Source: Toensbergia leucococca (lineage: Eukaryota). Taken from it: a stretch of DNA of 64,000 bases. The translations under genes and the position numbers were made by a program. The stretch covers positions 124,001 to 188,000 of the forward strand of contig JALDZS010000016.1 in NCBI GenBank assembly GCA_022813965.1. Reading direction: 5' to 3'. Positions 1-11,845 of this stretch are shown here, piece after piece. The notes below the pieces were generated by a model. The model saw only the letters and a list, made by a program, of their open reading frames with translations, was not told the origin of the DNA and did not search any database. Every line of letters begins with the position of its first letter. Position 1 is the stretch's first letter.

Positions 1-921
1 CTATAGCCACACCTGCAAAGGCAACGCTATCATCAAAGCATGGGCAATCATCTGCAGGTTCGGGATGAACTCGGACAAGCAAGAGAATGATCAGAGTCAC
101 AATTATGGGCGCAGTAAAGGAGCCTGTGTAGATGAAATGATCAAGAGCGTCACCATAGAACCACTGCACCAAGGACAGTATAGCTCCGAGCACACTTCCA
201 ATGAAAACGTCGAAAAAGCCATGCATACCACAGTAGAGCCTTCCAAGGACGATTGAAGTTGTGTAAACGAACAAGAGGACCTCCAGGATAAGCTTGACTT
301 TAGGATGGGTCATTGAATCGGGTGAGTTCAGTGCAAACAGCGAGTAGACAACTACTGATAGAGCGTTGGTTGAATGTGTGGAAGGAAAGCCGTATTCTAG
401 CGCAGCAGATCTTGACATTGATATTCTGTAAAGTGGAGGCGAGAGTGGACGTGGCAAGCACAGGAGATCCTTCAGAACCCCAGTGAAGAATACGCCGGAT
501 GCCAGTGTATGTATCATCCTATACTTCTGTCAGTTCGGCCACAATCCAAAGACGGGAGCTAGCAAACACTCTGAAAAGGTTTGTATATCCACACCAAGCC
601 AGCAATGGCAAGGCTAACATGAAGAACGTGTGTGTTCCCAGATTGGCAGTGATTGCAAAATAGGAGTCTAGCGCAGGGCAGCGGACCTTTTCCTGCACAC
701 TGGCGAGATACTGTGTTTCCCAGCGTACGAGAGAGATAAGGGCTTGTCTTGTCCTGTATCGCCAAGCGGGCAGCTTGTTCCTGTCTATACATCATGTCAG
801 AAAATGAGTGGTAGAGCTGAGCTAGCACCTCCATACAATGATTTAGACTCCTGAGTCCTGCATCAGGCTTATCCATAGTCTGAGGTGTGCAGGGTGGTGA
901 TTGCCCTTTCTCTGAGGCCAT
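1..921 (-). CDS. LCB3: Sphingoid long-chain-base-1-phosphate phosphatase (PAP2 family, Lcb3/Ysr2-like), 3' part runs off the window
   Basis: Spliced minus-strand translation MASEKG...DAGLRSLNHYRNKLPAWRY...ITANLGTHTFFM...KDLLCLPRP...EYGFPSTHS...GRLYCGMHGFFDV contains the three PAP2 motifs; two introns near 787-836 and 519-570. Confidence 0.9.
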
Positions 922-1273
922 CTTTGAATGTGCGTGAACGTTGTCGCGAAGTCAATTAGAATCACATGTGTGGATTCTCTCTCTGTAATTGATAGGCTGA
1001 AGTGGACACAGCTTCGAGAAGTGCAATTACAGGTAGAAGCCAGAAGAATTGGAATACGAAGGTAAGATATATCCGGAATTAATGAACGCGTGCAGGAGTG
1101 CCAAGGAGCTCGCTAGTTCTAAAAGTGCGATGCTTTTCATCTTGCTCATTGCAATTCTTTCATTCCTCGATTATTCCACGGAGCTGCCATTATGCATTGA
1201 CAACACCATCTTCAAACATGACATCAACGGATTGTGCAGTCCTGGCAAAAGACTTCTAGGAGTTGGAGCAAAA

Positions 1274-1386
1274 TGAAAAGGAGGGGATTCGAACCCCTGC
1301 ATCTTTCGATACGCGAATACTAACTGCTAAGCAGTCCAAGAATCTAGACTTGAGTCGCGCGCCTTAGACCGCTCGGCCACCTTTCC
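1274..1386 (-). tRNA. tRNA-Leu(CAA) with 31-nt intron (1318-1348)
   Basis: Reverse complement GGAAAGGTGGCCGAGCGGTCTAAGGCGCGCGACTCAAG[intron]TTCGCGTATCGAAAGATGCAGGGGTTCGAATCCCCTCCTTTTCA: acceptor stem, A box, CGCGA/TCGCG anticodon stem around CAA, long variable arm, GGTTCGAATCC B box; intron at canonical 37/38 position. Confidence 0.95.
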
Positions 1387-2320
1387 AATGGATAATGATA
1401 AAAGACCTTATTTGATAATTTGAACTGCATCCTTTTGAAAAGTGTTGGTTTGGAGATATGGGCAGGAAGCCTCCTATCTACCACGAACCCTATGATTTTC
1501 AATTTTCAATTTTCAATCCATAACATTTACAAGGCCTTGCTCACATGCGGATACGTACAGCCTGTTGTCTGTTCATGGTTACTGAGTACATAAGATCCTC
1601 ACCTGATGGAACATCTCAACTCTCAAGAGTATAATCGACTATCTAGGCTTATCACAATTATACACTTATCCTTGATACTTTCCTTCGGATATTCTACAAG
1701 ATCAGCTTCAACTTAAAGGTGACTAGCAAGAAGTTGGAGGAGAAAGGTCAAAAGGAGCAGCTCCTATTCGTACCAAAAACTGTGGGATAGAAACTGTTCC
1801 AGAGAGACAAAGTGTGTGTGCGCATGGCGAGGGTAATTTCCCAGCCTATGCTTTAAAGATGCGTAAAGATAGCAGAGCCTCCTGATAGAATTCTTATAGT
1901 AAGTTTGAGAGAATTCGAGTGATTGTTCTGGGCAGTCGGAAAGCTTGTTCAGACGAAGTATGAGCAACGAAGATCGCACAAAGAAAAAAGAGGCGAAAAA
2001 GCATATTATGTTGTAGACGCAACGACTCATGATCCATTTCCTGCCGGGATCATTTAGAGATGCGAGATATCATCCTGCTCAGATGGCTCTGCTATGCAAA
2101 ATCTAGGCACACCGAAGGTGCAAGGCTATCGCTCGCACGGACGAAGGCATCTAAGAGCTCCGACATCTCAGACTAGATAAGGATCTATCCGTCTGTCCAT
2201 GAAATGGCCAATTCATCCCTTGAGATACCGAGATCTATATGGTATAAAAGAACAGTAGAAATCTACCCTCTACGCCCGTGTTGCTATGTTGAAAAAAAGA
2301 AGAGCCAGTTGATCACGAGG

Positions 2321-4274
2321 TTATTCCATTTCAATCGTTCCAGGTGGCTTGCTCGTGACTATGATACGGTCAACGCGTTTTCCAGTAAAAGCAGGTGGAT
2401 TCTTACTGTCATAGAAAACCCTGCAAACCCCGTCGACCTCGTTGGTAATCCTTGTGCTAACTTTGGCAAAGAACTCACTGTCGAAGGAAAACCAATCGGC
2501 AGTCATGTAATCTGTAACGGGTCAGTAATGGAGCCTCTTGATGACTCTGAGGAGGAACTTTCGGGCATCTCACCAGTCGTTGTCACTGCCCGGAGAACCA
2601 CAGGACACGCGTGAACTCTTTTGTCGCCTGTGACACCCACCACCGGTACACCCAAAAGTGATGCGTAAGCTTGACTGATCTTGCGATATAGACCAGCCTT
2701 GCGTATCTCTTCAATGAAGATTGCATCAGCTTCTTGAACTATACGACACGTGCTCCTGTTGACCTCAATGCCTACCACCCTGACACCGAGTCCGGGTCCA
2801 GGGAAAGGCTGACGCCACACGAGCTCTTCGGGTAAGCCAAGGCTCGTTCCAAGTTCACGGACTTCATCCTTGAACAGTTCCCTCGGAGATGGTCAATAAG
2901 TCTCGGATGCATAGACACTATGATTCACGAACCTCAGAGGCTCAATGAGCTTCAGATGCATGACTGCTGGAAGTCCCCCAACGTTATGATGACTTTTGAT
3001 TGAGGCACTTGGTCCCTAGCCCGTAAGATATTCAGTAGTCTTCGCGGTCCTTTATTGGAAGTACTGACCTTGAAAGAAATTGACTCTATTACATCCGGAT
3101 ATAGAGTTCCCTGTAAAAGCCATTCAATACCTCCAGCCTGTGGAGATCCCGCAGCATCGGCTGCAATCCTTTTGGCCGTCTCTTGAAAGACTTCGATAAA
3201 GTTTCTACCTATTGTCTTCCGCTTTTTCTCTGGATCTAATACTCCCTTTAGGTCTGCCAAGAAGCGATCGCTTGCATCAACAACAGTAAGGTTGATTCCA
3301 AGATGCCGAGTCAGTGTCTGATGCACACTTTCCGCTTCGTTGAGCCGGAGGAGTCCATTGTTGACTAGAACAGCATGGAATCGGTCCCCGATAGCTTCAT
3401 GCATGAGCTTCGCGGCAACAGTTGAGTCGACTCCACCGCTTACAGCACCCACAACCTGCCCCTTTTCGCCAACTAGTGCCCGAATCCTCGAGATCTCTTT
3501 GCTAACGAATTCTTCCATTGTCCAATTTTGGCTCGCTTTACAAATGTTCACGGCAAAGTTTCGGAGGACGTTGGTACCGTCCGGAGTGTGTGTTACTTCT
3601 GGATGAAATTGAATACCAAAGCATGGTTTCTCGACATGTACGATACCAGCATAAGGCGCGTTTTCAGTGGTTGCAATCGTCGAGAATGAGGCTGGAAGGT
3701 GAGATAGTTTATCTCCGTGGGACATCCAGACTTTCAAATTATTGCCCAGGCCATGGAGAAGTTTATTTACATGGGAATTTTTATCTTCGAGGTGCTGTAC
3801 ATTGACAATTGCATTCCCATACTCTTTTTTCTCTCCGGCTAAAACATTCCTACCATGGTGCCAGGCAATTTCTTGCAGGCCATAGCAGATGCCTAAGATG
3901 GGGACGTCTAAATCGAAGACAGCTGGGTCGACATGTGGAGCGTGTTCCTCATATACAGAGTAAGGACCACCAGACAAGATGATTCCCCTGGGTTTCCATG
4001 AGAGCTGAGCAATCTTTTGAGTGCATGCAAGCATCTCAGAATATACATTGATTTCACGAAGACGGCGTACTATCTGGCTATAAGGTCAGCCTTCCCACAA
4101 GACCAATAGACCTATGACATCTACCAAGTGCGAATACTGAGACCTATATGGCTATGGTTAGTACACGTGAACAAAGAGTTGGAGGTTTGAAAGTTCATCA
4201 TGCCCAAAGTCAAGTACTAGGATAGTGTCGAAGACCTGGTGTGGTTCGGCGGTTGTCTCGCCGTTGACATGCAT
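2321..4274 (-). CDS. GUA1: GMP synthase (glutamine-hydrolysing), multi-exon
   Basis: MHVNG...[49 protein letters not shown]-loop, [34 protein letters not shown]; six introns reconstructed. Confidence 0.97.
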
Positions 4275-5448
4275 TTTCAAGAACAAATCGTCATAAGCTG
4301 GAACTTAATTGGCGTCTCTTGCTACAAGATATGTTGTCGCTGAGCTGATCATCATATGAATGTTATCAGTATCTGGATTACGAATGAAAAGTACTTGATA
4401 GTTTGTGCAAACGTGGACGAGGGACTCAATTCGTGCGATGGACAGAAGCGCTAGACCAGAAGAGAGAAGAGCCGCTCCTCTAGACCAGATTGGGCTTAGT
4501 TTCTGGTAGAATAGAGAAATCTGAACTCTTTCGAAAGATTGCCTCGATTGCCTTCAAAGAACCGACTGCTGCCGGAGACAGATTGCAAGAAGCCTAGAGC
4601 CAGAGGACGCATACTCATATTCTCACATATTGAAAATTTCAAGACTAAAATACAAAGACGTCTCCTTCGGTGAGAAAGATGATGTTAAGCTTGACTCGGA
4701 CTTAAACTCAACGTGCCCCTCCTTTCCTCATCTTCCCCGCTCAAGGTAACCCCCTGTCTATCATTTCAATTTCGAGCCGTGTGGCTGTTTAAACTCTTGA
4801 TCAAATCCTTCCCCGTATGAAGTCTATATCCCGTGACTCTTTCAGACAGCGGGGTCCCTTCAAGCTTCGTATTTCCCGTGGTACCTGTCTCTATACTTCC
4901 CAGCACTTGTTTCACCTCAAACTCTTCTTCGAACAGTTTCATTCAAGTATCGCACCATGGTGCAAAAAGTGGTCATCAAAGCAACTTCAAGATTTCAATC
5001 AGTGCTTACCATGTCCCGATAGAGATTCTCATCGATCTAATGCGGCAAGTGATTACACGCTTGAGCAGCTCCTCATAACGTTCATTGGTTCTTACTTGGT
5101 GACTTGCGAATCACTTGCCTATTTCGTGTTTGAACGTGCATCTAACTCAGTGTTTCCAAGCCGCAATGATAAGCAGCTGTTAAAGAGGGGTTGTTTCTCA
5201 CCTCCACTTAGTATCTCGTCTAGGTATTCGTATATAATAAAGACAAAGGATTCTCAAGACTGCAATGATCTCGGAAAATAAAAGATTAGACACAATTCCT
5301 ACTACGCTTGAACTACCTTGTTACTCTTGGGAAGTTCTTCAATACAATCATTGCGGAGATGCAGAACCCGAATACAAGTTTATCACGGTGAAGTGAGCAT
5401 GTATGATTAACTGTATAGCAGTACTTGTCTCATCAATGGACGGACGTG

Positions 5449-6204
5449 ATGGCAAAGGCTATTGCCAAAAAAAAGTACGAGTCTTTTACAACAGCACTCT
5501 GGCTGAATATCTGCAACTACTACTGTGAGCGTCTTCCACTCCATCATGCTTATAGATGTCAAGAAGCACCGTGCAAGATTCCCAAGAATGGTGTCAATAG
5601 TAACCTCCGCGACAGTCGATCTCGGTGGTCCTGCCGGCTACATATTCGCGCATGTAAGTGTCCGAGAAAAGCTCGCTGCCAACATCTTTCTTGGCCGCAC
5701 CGTGTCCGTTTCCCTGCGAGGCTTGCTTACAATGGGCCCTGGTTGCAGGAGCACTTCATCCATGGCCGCCCCGCCGACCAGGTCCTAATGCGCATGTTCA
5801 AGGGCGACAACGGCATCGGCACCACCCCGTTCTGCGTTCTCGAGTTCAAATTGCAGGCGAACCCGGGCACCGATAAGTATCTGGAGGCGCAGAATCAACT
5901 CCAGCAGGGCTTGAAGGGCCTCGCGGACAAGTTCATCGAGCAGAAGAAGAACGTGCGCCTGATGAAACCCGGAGTCGTGTGGGGCTATCCGCTATGGGGT
6001 ATCGTCGGGGCAGGGGACCAGGTGCTTTTCTACAAGTGGAATTTCGAAGACGGTCACGAGTCTCATTACGTGGAGCGTAACATCTACAACGATGCAGACG
6101 ATGTTCATCAGTTTATGCTTAAGATGAAGTCTGAAATTGAGGAGTGGATGGAGGACGGCAGTAATCACTTGATGCTGAAATCTTTTGTCGTCGAGGATCT
6201 GTGA
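5449..6204 (+). CDS. Hypothetical protein with PD-(D/E)XK restriction-endonuclease-like motif; start uncertain
   Basis: Removing introns 5525-5615 (GTGAGC..CAG) and 5654-5748 (GTAAGT..CAG) gives ...ESFTTALWLNICNYYFDLGGPAGYIFAHEHFIHGRPADQVL...VLEFK...EAQNQL...WGIVGAGDQVLFYKW; E..D..ExK..QL spacing fits the fold. Confidence 0.6.
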   Translation: MAKAIAKKKYESFTTALWLNICNYYCERLPLHHAYRCQEAPCKIPKNGVNSNLRDSRSRWSCRLHIRACKCPRKARCQHLSWPHRVRFPARLAYNGPWLQEHFIHGRPADQVLMRMFKGDNGIGTTPFCVLEFKLQANPGTDKYLEAQNQLQQGLKGLADKFIEQKKNVRLMKPGVVWGYPLWGIVGAGDQVLFYKWNFEDGHESHYVERNIYNDADDVHQFMLKMKSEIEEWMEDGSNHLMLKSFVVEDL

Positions 6205-6295
6205 TATAATCCATGATTGGGAATTTTTTGGGGCGTCAAGAAAGCACTTTACGCGTTGATGAAGCTCTGAATTCCGGCATACCGTACACTCTGTC

Positions 6296-6686
6296 ATATA
6301 AGACCCTACTGGTTATATAAGACCTTACTGGCTTCTAAGATATGGTTTCAATCCGACTCTTTCAGACTGAAGGTGTTTTGGTCTATAAGATAGTATCTTC
6401 CTACTCATGATGAGGAGTCTCAGGTACGTATTTCACCTTTCCTTTCATAAACGGGAATAAAAGATACCCTTGTTAACGGTAATGACAGGGTTTGGTCCCA
6501 GATGACGATGTCATGTGTCTTTATTAGGGGACAGATAAAGATGAGATGTCAAGGTGGGTATGTGTCGGTGAGATTATTGGCAAATATAGTGACTTTCTCA
6601 ACTGAATGTCTTGAGTCTCTGGACCTTGCCCGAGGAACAGCCTATAAGACCCCGCTGGTATATAAGATTCTACTGACTTATAAGGC
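6296..6686. repeat. Two clusters of 18-19 bp tandem units, consensus TATAAGACCYTACTGG
   Basis: 6296-6333 ATATAAGACCCTACTGGTT/ATATAAGACCTTACTGGCT; 6643-6686 TATAAGACCCCGCTGGTA/TATAAGATTCTACTGACT/TATAAGGC. Confidence 0.75.
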
Positions 6687-7619
6687 ATGATCTCAAATGG
6701 CCTATAGACCATGAACGAGCTACAAGACTCAGATCTTATATGACATATTATACGGTATTTGAATTGTTGAGATATGAGAGACTCTTTTATAGAGCCGAGC
6801 TCAGTTGAACAGTTCGTCGAGGTGAATACTGAACAAACTGTTTTGACACCTTGCAACATCTGCGCCTAGAGCAACTCGCACACCCACGGGGTTAGACATG
6901 TCCTCATGAAATGCACCAAGTCTACCTTCGACTTAAGCCGGATAGATCGGTTCACACGACTTCTCAATCCAGCTCTGTACGCTCCCTTTGCCAGATTTGT
7001 CTATGAGCTATATCTGTGATTGACATCCGTCCTAGAGAGGGTTGCATTCCGACTACGGTTTGTTGTAAGTAAACCACGGCTCTCGAAGTGCAGATATTAT
7101 TGAGTACTTCAGTTACGAGCAAAATCTCCCTTTGAAATATAACATTTACGCTGAGGAGATTTTCTCACCGACTCAGTTTGAAATTACCCTGGGAGTATCG
7201 TTGTATTCTATGGGAATTAGAGGTGCCATCTTGATTAGCCGTTCTGTTGGGATACTCTTGACTATTTTTTTTTGACGTCTTACATCTGGGTATGCGAAAG
7301 CTGTAAAAACAACCCGCCGTTTTTTCCCTGTGGGTTATTATGGTTTGGGGTATTAGAGAAGATCTCGATTCGATTGAGAGAACCGATGGAGACTGCTCAG
7401 CTTAATGCGAAAACTCCCATTGAGTCAATATCTGTGACTGAATTAGGTACCGATATCCTAGAGGCCTACAGGGACAGGACCGGAATGGTAGCTAGTAAGA
7501 AGAGGCTGTGGCAGTCAGTGAGGGATTGCCTACAAATATCACAGGCGGGAGACCTGCTCTGGCGGAATTTAAATGAAAGGTGTTGACGGTGATTTATTTA
7601 AGCTGTGCTGACTCAACAT

Positions 7620-8250
7620 TATGATACTGTCCTTTGCATCACTTCAATTTGAACATACAACACATATAGATGAAGCGCTCAGTGACTATAGCAGTCTGAG
7701 AAGAGATACTCAGAATATGAACTCACATAGATCTTAATCTGAGAAAGATAATTATTATATCATGAACTCTGAAGTCTGAATGAACTGATAATCTTCATGA
7801 CTCTTAGCTCAATTACACTTCAATGAAGTAAACAACAGTAATGAAACATCCTGTACTGCAAAGTCATATAGTGTCTGTGAAAAGTCTTCTTATCTCACTC
7901 TCTTTAGATGATAAATAGATATTGAGGTTCTGAGATGATAGGTAGGTTACTACTGAGAAGTGATAAAATAAAGGATTCTAATGAAGAGAACACTGATATT
8001 GTCAGAACAATACTTCAATAAAAAGTTTAATAAAGAGATTTTAAGAGAGATATGAGATGAGACTTTAAGAGAGATCAGAATTTTGAGGGGACTTCAGTGC
8101 ATGTGAGAAGAGAGTGACTCACTAAAAGGTCAGAAGAAATAATTAACTATGAGCTCAAGCTTCAGCTCAAAGATGAATGTCTAGAGTGTTTATCTTTGTA
8201 ACTTAATATAGTGTTTTCAGAGTTGTGATTGTTAGAGGGTTGGCTGAGCC
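7620..8250. mobile_element. AT-rich, CpG-free degenerate repeat/transposon relic
   Basis: I find no CG dinucleotide between about 7678 and 8249; rich in TGA/TCA; no ORF. Element family not recognisable. Confidence 0.45.
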
Positions 8251-8648
8251 GTAGTCCTCTCAATTGGTGCATTGTGAAGCATTCAGTTGACCGATAACAG
8301 GTGAGCAGGAGTGATCAGACTGGGTTTGACTCCCCTCCTCTCCTACCTAGTGTATCTACCTAGATGACGCTCGTTAGCATATTAGACTGAAAATAAAAAC
8401 AACCTTACCCCTGAATTGGGTAGGAGGGTAGGTAGCGTGGCACGTAGGCACGGATAAACGAACACTGAAATATAATTATTCTAGAATAGAATAAGGGTGA
8501 GCCACTTTTGGTTGCTCGGCGCAACGGCCTTCCCGCTTAGAATCAACACCAGACCTCAAAGACATCATTGGGCCAAGTGCTATTACCTGACACTATCTCA
8601 CGAATTATCATTCAATTGTGCATACTTCCAAGAGACATCGCATTCAAA

Positions 8649-9600
8649 ATGGCATCACCGGCATCAAATGAAAATTATGATTACCTCCGACGACGCGGCT
8701 CAGCCATCAACGAAAAGATCAGCTCCATTTCCAGATCAGTTTCTCGACGAAAGTCAACAAGACAGCAGACCTGGACAAGCAATGGCACAGTCAGCAGCAA
8801 CGCCACGATGAGCGCATCCACTGGAAGCGTGGCCATGTCATCTGATACTCATATTACTCAACCACCAACTTTCTCGAAGAAGTTCGTGGTCGTGGGTGAC
8901 GGCGGGTGCGGCAAGACTTGTCTGTTGATTACTTACAGTCAAGAAATCTTTCCTGAGGTAGGACTCTCAGATGAATTTGACTAGAGTGGAAAGCACTGAC
9001 TTTGGGCAGAATTACGTGCCAACGGTCTTTGAGAATTACATCACCCATACAAGACATGCTCCTAGTGGAAAGACCGTCGAACTGGCTCTGTGGGATACTG
9101 CAGGACAGGAGGAGTACGACCGACTACGCCCACTGTCATACCCCGAAACAGACCTACTCTTCGTATGCTTTGCCATCGACTGCCCAAATTCATTGGAAAA
9201 CGTGATGGACAAGGTTCGCAATTGCACATCACGGTATCGAGAACAGAAATCATCAACTGACCAATCGCAACAGTGGTACCCCGAAGTTCTCCACTTCTGC
9301 CCCACCGCGCCGCTCATTCTCGTGGGCCTCAAAGCCGACCTCCGCACCAACTCCAAATGCATCGACCTCCTCAAAGCCCAAGGCTTAACACCCGTCATGC
9401 CCGAGCAAGGCCGGCGAGTGGCCGAAAAAATGGGCGCCACGTACGTCGAATGCAGCAGCAAGGAAATGCGGGGCATTAAAGAAGTCTTCGAGCTAGCGGT
9501 GGACACAGCGATAGGTCAGGAGATAGGACTTCAGAAACAGACCGAGTCGCATGGGATGGGAGGTAAGAAATCCAAGAAGCGGTCTTGTAAAATTCTGTGA
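8649..9600 (+). CDS. RHO4: Rho-family GTPase, Rho4-like
   Basis: [36 protein letters not shown]-terminal polybasic + CKIL CaaX; long N-terminal extension as in Rho4; introns 8958-9009 and 9214-9273. Confidence 0.9.
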
Positions 9601-9970
9601 GGGAAAGGGTTCTTGGTGCGGACGTGGTACTTTCGGCCTGTTCTATTTTATGACGCTGCATGTACAAGATGATATGGCTTGCTTGACCGGGGGCCAGTGT
9701 CCCGCTTCCTCGTCTGGTCGCGCAGAACGGTAATGATGATCCGAGACATACTTTCGACGGCGCTTGGGGCGTACATAGGTTGCATAGCGATGGCTTGGTT
9801 ATCCTTTCGTAGCTATCGCATCCCATAGGAACAGCTCTCCAAGTCTCTTAGTCGTCCATCTCATTCGTTATATGGTGACCAATATCTTTGGATCTCACGT
9901 CCAGACCATAAGTTCCGCCCTTGGTCAAAGCGAGTATTTCCTTGGAGCAATATTCCCAGCCCATCTCACC

Positions 9971-10616
9971 TCACTTCTCCCCCTCACCATTACCATCCTC
10001 CTCCTCGCCGTCCTCACCCCTCTCCTCTGCCTCCCCCTCCTCCTTGGCCATCACGTTCTCAAACTGGCTCCACAACGCCTCGACAGCCCCAAACTCATTC
10101 CCAACCTACACCAATCAGCCAAAATCGCCTTCCCAAATTTCCAAAAAGTATCCTCGAGATCCCCCCAACCCCCAGCCACAAAACATAACCTCATGGAACG
10201 AGTGTGGGTGTGTTTGGGGGGGGGGGTTTCCAACTCACAGCAATCACACCCTCCAAGCCCCGATTCAACGTATTCAGATTCTGCAGCACATGCTCCATAC
10301 TCTACACCCCCATCAGCAAACGCTCACAAAAATCTTCGTCAGCCAGATTTTGAAAAAAAATTTCCCTCAAATCAAGAAAAAAAAAACCACCTTTCAATCA
10401 AAAACCCCCCGCAAGGCCACACATCACCTAGCTGCGTTTGTGGAAATGTGGCAGAGGGGAGGAATGGGAAGAGAATGCGAACGGAATGGATTGGTGGGAA
10501 GGGGGGGTGGGGGTGGGATGTGGAGGGGAACTGACGAGGGAGATTTCGGCGCATAGAGCGGCGCGTTGGTGCTCGAAGGCTGAGGAGGATTTGGACGGTG
10601 GTTTGGCTGAGGCCAT
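9971..10616 (-). CDS. DAD1: DASH/Dam1 kinetochore complex subunit Dad1
   Basis: Three exons: MASAKP...FEHQRAALCAEISL / SMEHVLQNLNTLNRGLEGVIA / VGNEFGAVEALWSQFENVM...; matches the Dad1 signature. Confidence 0.9.
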
Positions 10617-11845
10617 TATTTTTTTTTTTTCCAGGAGTCGATTGGTGGGGTGGGGGGAGAGGAATGCGGTTGTGGTTTGGAGAACTTGTTTCAGGCAGCG
10701 AGCCCATACGAGGAGTAAGTATCCGCGCCTTAGCCCTAGGGGATGGTATTCTACCCACTTGCGCTAGTGGTCGGGATCGGTTTGCTGATTACCTAATCTC
10801 ATACAAAACGGAACGACAGCGGGGCGAAGAACTACTTCTACTTTTCCTGCAACTTTTTGCATTGATTGATACAAACCCAACCCCACACCCAAAAAAAAAA
10901 AGCCCAAAATGTCCCAAAATGCCCAAAAACATGTCCCAAAATATCCACCCCCACCCAAGAATCGGAAGCCTACAAAATCGTACATTTCATTTCTTCCCCC
11001 CACCCCCCACGCACATCTTATCCCCCGATACCCAATGCCCCCCCCAACACTCTCCTTCCTTCCTCCTCTAACCGAAGCCCCCCCTCCCAAAAAAATCAAA
11101 AATAAATAAAAAACTAAATCCACCACCCCATCAAAGAATCCTCTCGAATGCGAAAAAACATCCGAGGCGGGGAAAAAAAAGCCGCGCAATTCCACGCCCG
11201 CGGGGGCGAACTGCGGCGGAGTTTTTTGGAGGAGGGGGGGAAGGGGTGTTGAGGGGGGAGGCGTGGCTAAAATGATAGGGAACGCGAGAGGTGTAGAGTT
11301 GGTGTTCTGGCCCCAGGGGCGCCTGCCTAGTCGACAGGTAAGAAGAAAAAAAAAAGGGTAGAGATGGGGCGGGCCGGTGATATGCTATCATTAGAGGGGA
11401 AACAGGACTCATCTGCAAGAGAAAGAATTTGAGATACCTACTCGGCTTCGAATTGAGCTAAAGGCCACATAAGCGAGGAATAGCTATGGGCGGCATCCTT
11501 GAATGTAGCCCTAGAAGACGGACCGACCAAGAAGGTGGAGTATGCACATGAAAAAAAACCCTGGCAAGTAAAGGGACAACAACCGGTATTTCGGCAGCAG
11601 ATGAATCGCACCGACGCCGAAAACCGGCCTAACCTTCGAACGCCTATGCCGTTCACTTCGTGATGCCCGACCCTCCCCCCACCCATCCCGCCGCTACAAA
11701 CGCTCGCAGGAAAAACTCCAAAAATTAAAAGACCGTGACACTTGATCGATTTCCCAAACGCCTCGCTTTCGCGCCACGATAGTGAAAAGGGTTTCAAACC
11801 GTAGTTCGATACATACGGTGTGCTGATAGCCGATACAATGGAACT

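Noticed and set aside
1049..1276. 75-aa ORF beside the tRNA
   Set aside because: TTG start, lies in the LCB3 promoter and abuts the tRNA 3' end; no motif.
4817..5281. 154-aa ORF upstream of the nuclease-like gene as a partner or antidote
   Set aside because: No recognisable motifs or coding-like composition; I could not splice it to the downstream exons.
6296..6686. CRISPR-like array
   Set aside because: Units are adjacent with no unique spacers; eukaryotic context; no cas genes.
7876..8003. Possible solo LTR (TGTGA...TGTCA)
   Set aside because: Terminal inverted match is weak, no target-site duplication, no second copy in the window.
9872..11418. Many overlapping 60-220 aa ORFs on both strands (also at 17112-17988, 28605-30725, 46053-48241)
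   Set aside because: Products of stop-poor low-complexity skewed sequence or antisense shadows of real exons; no family motifs.
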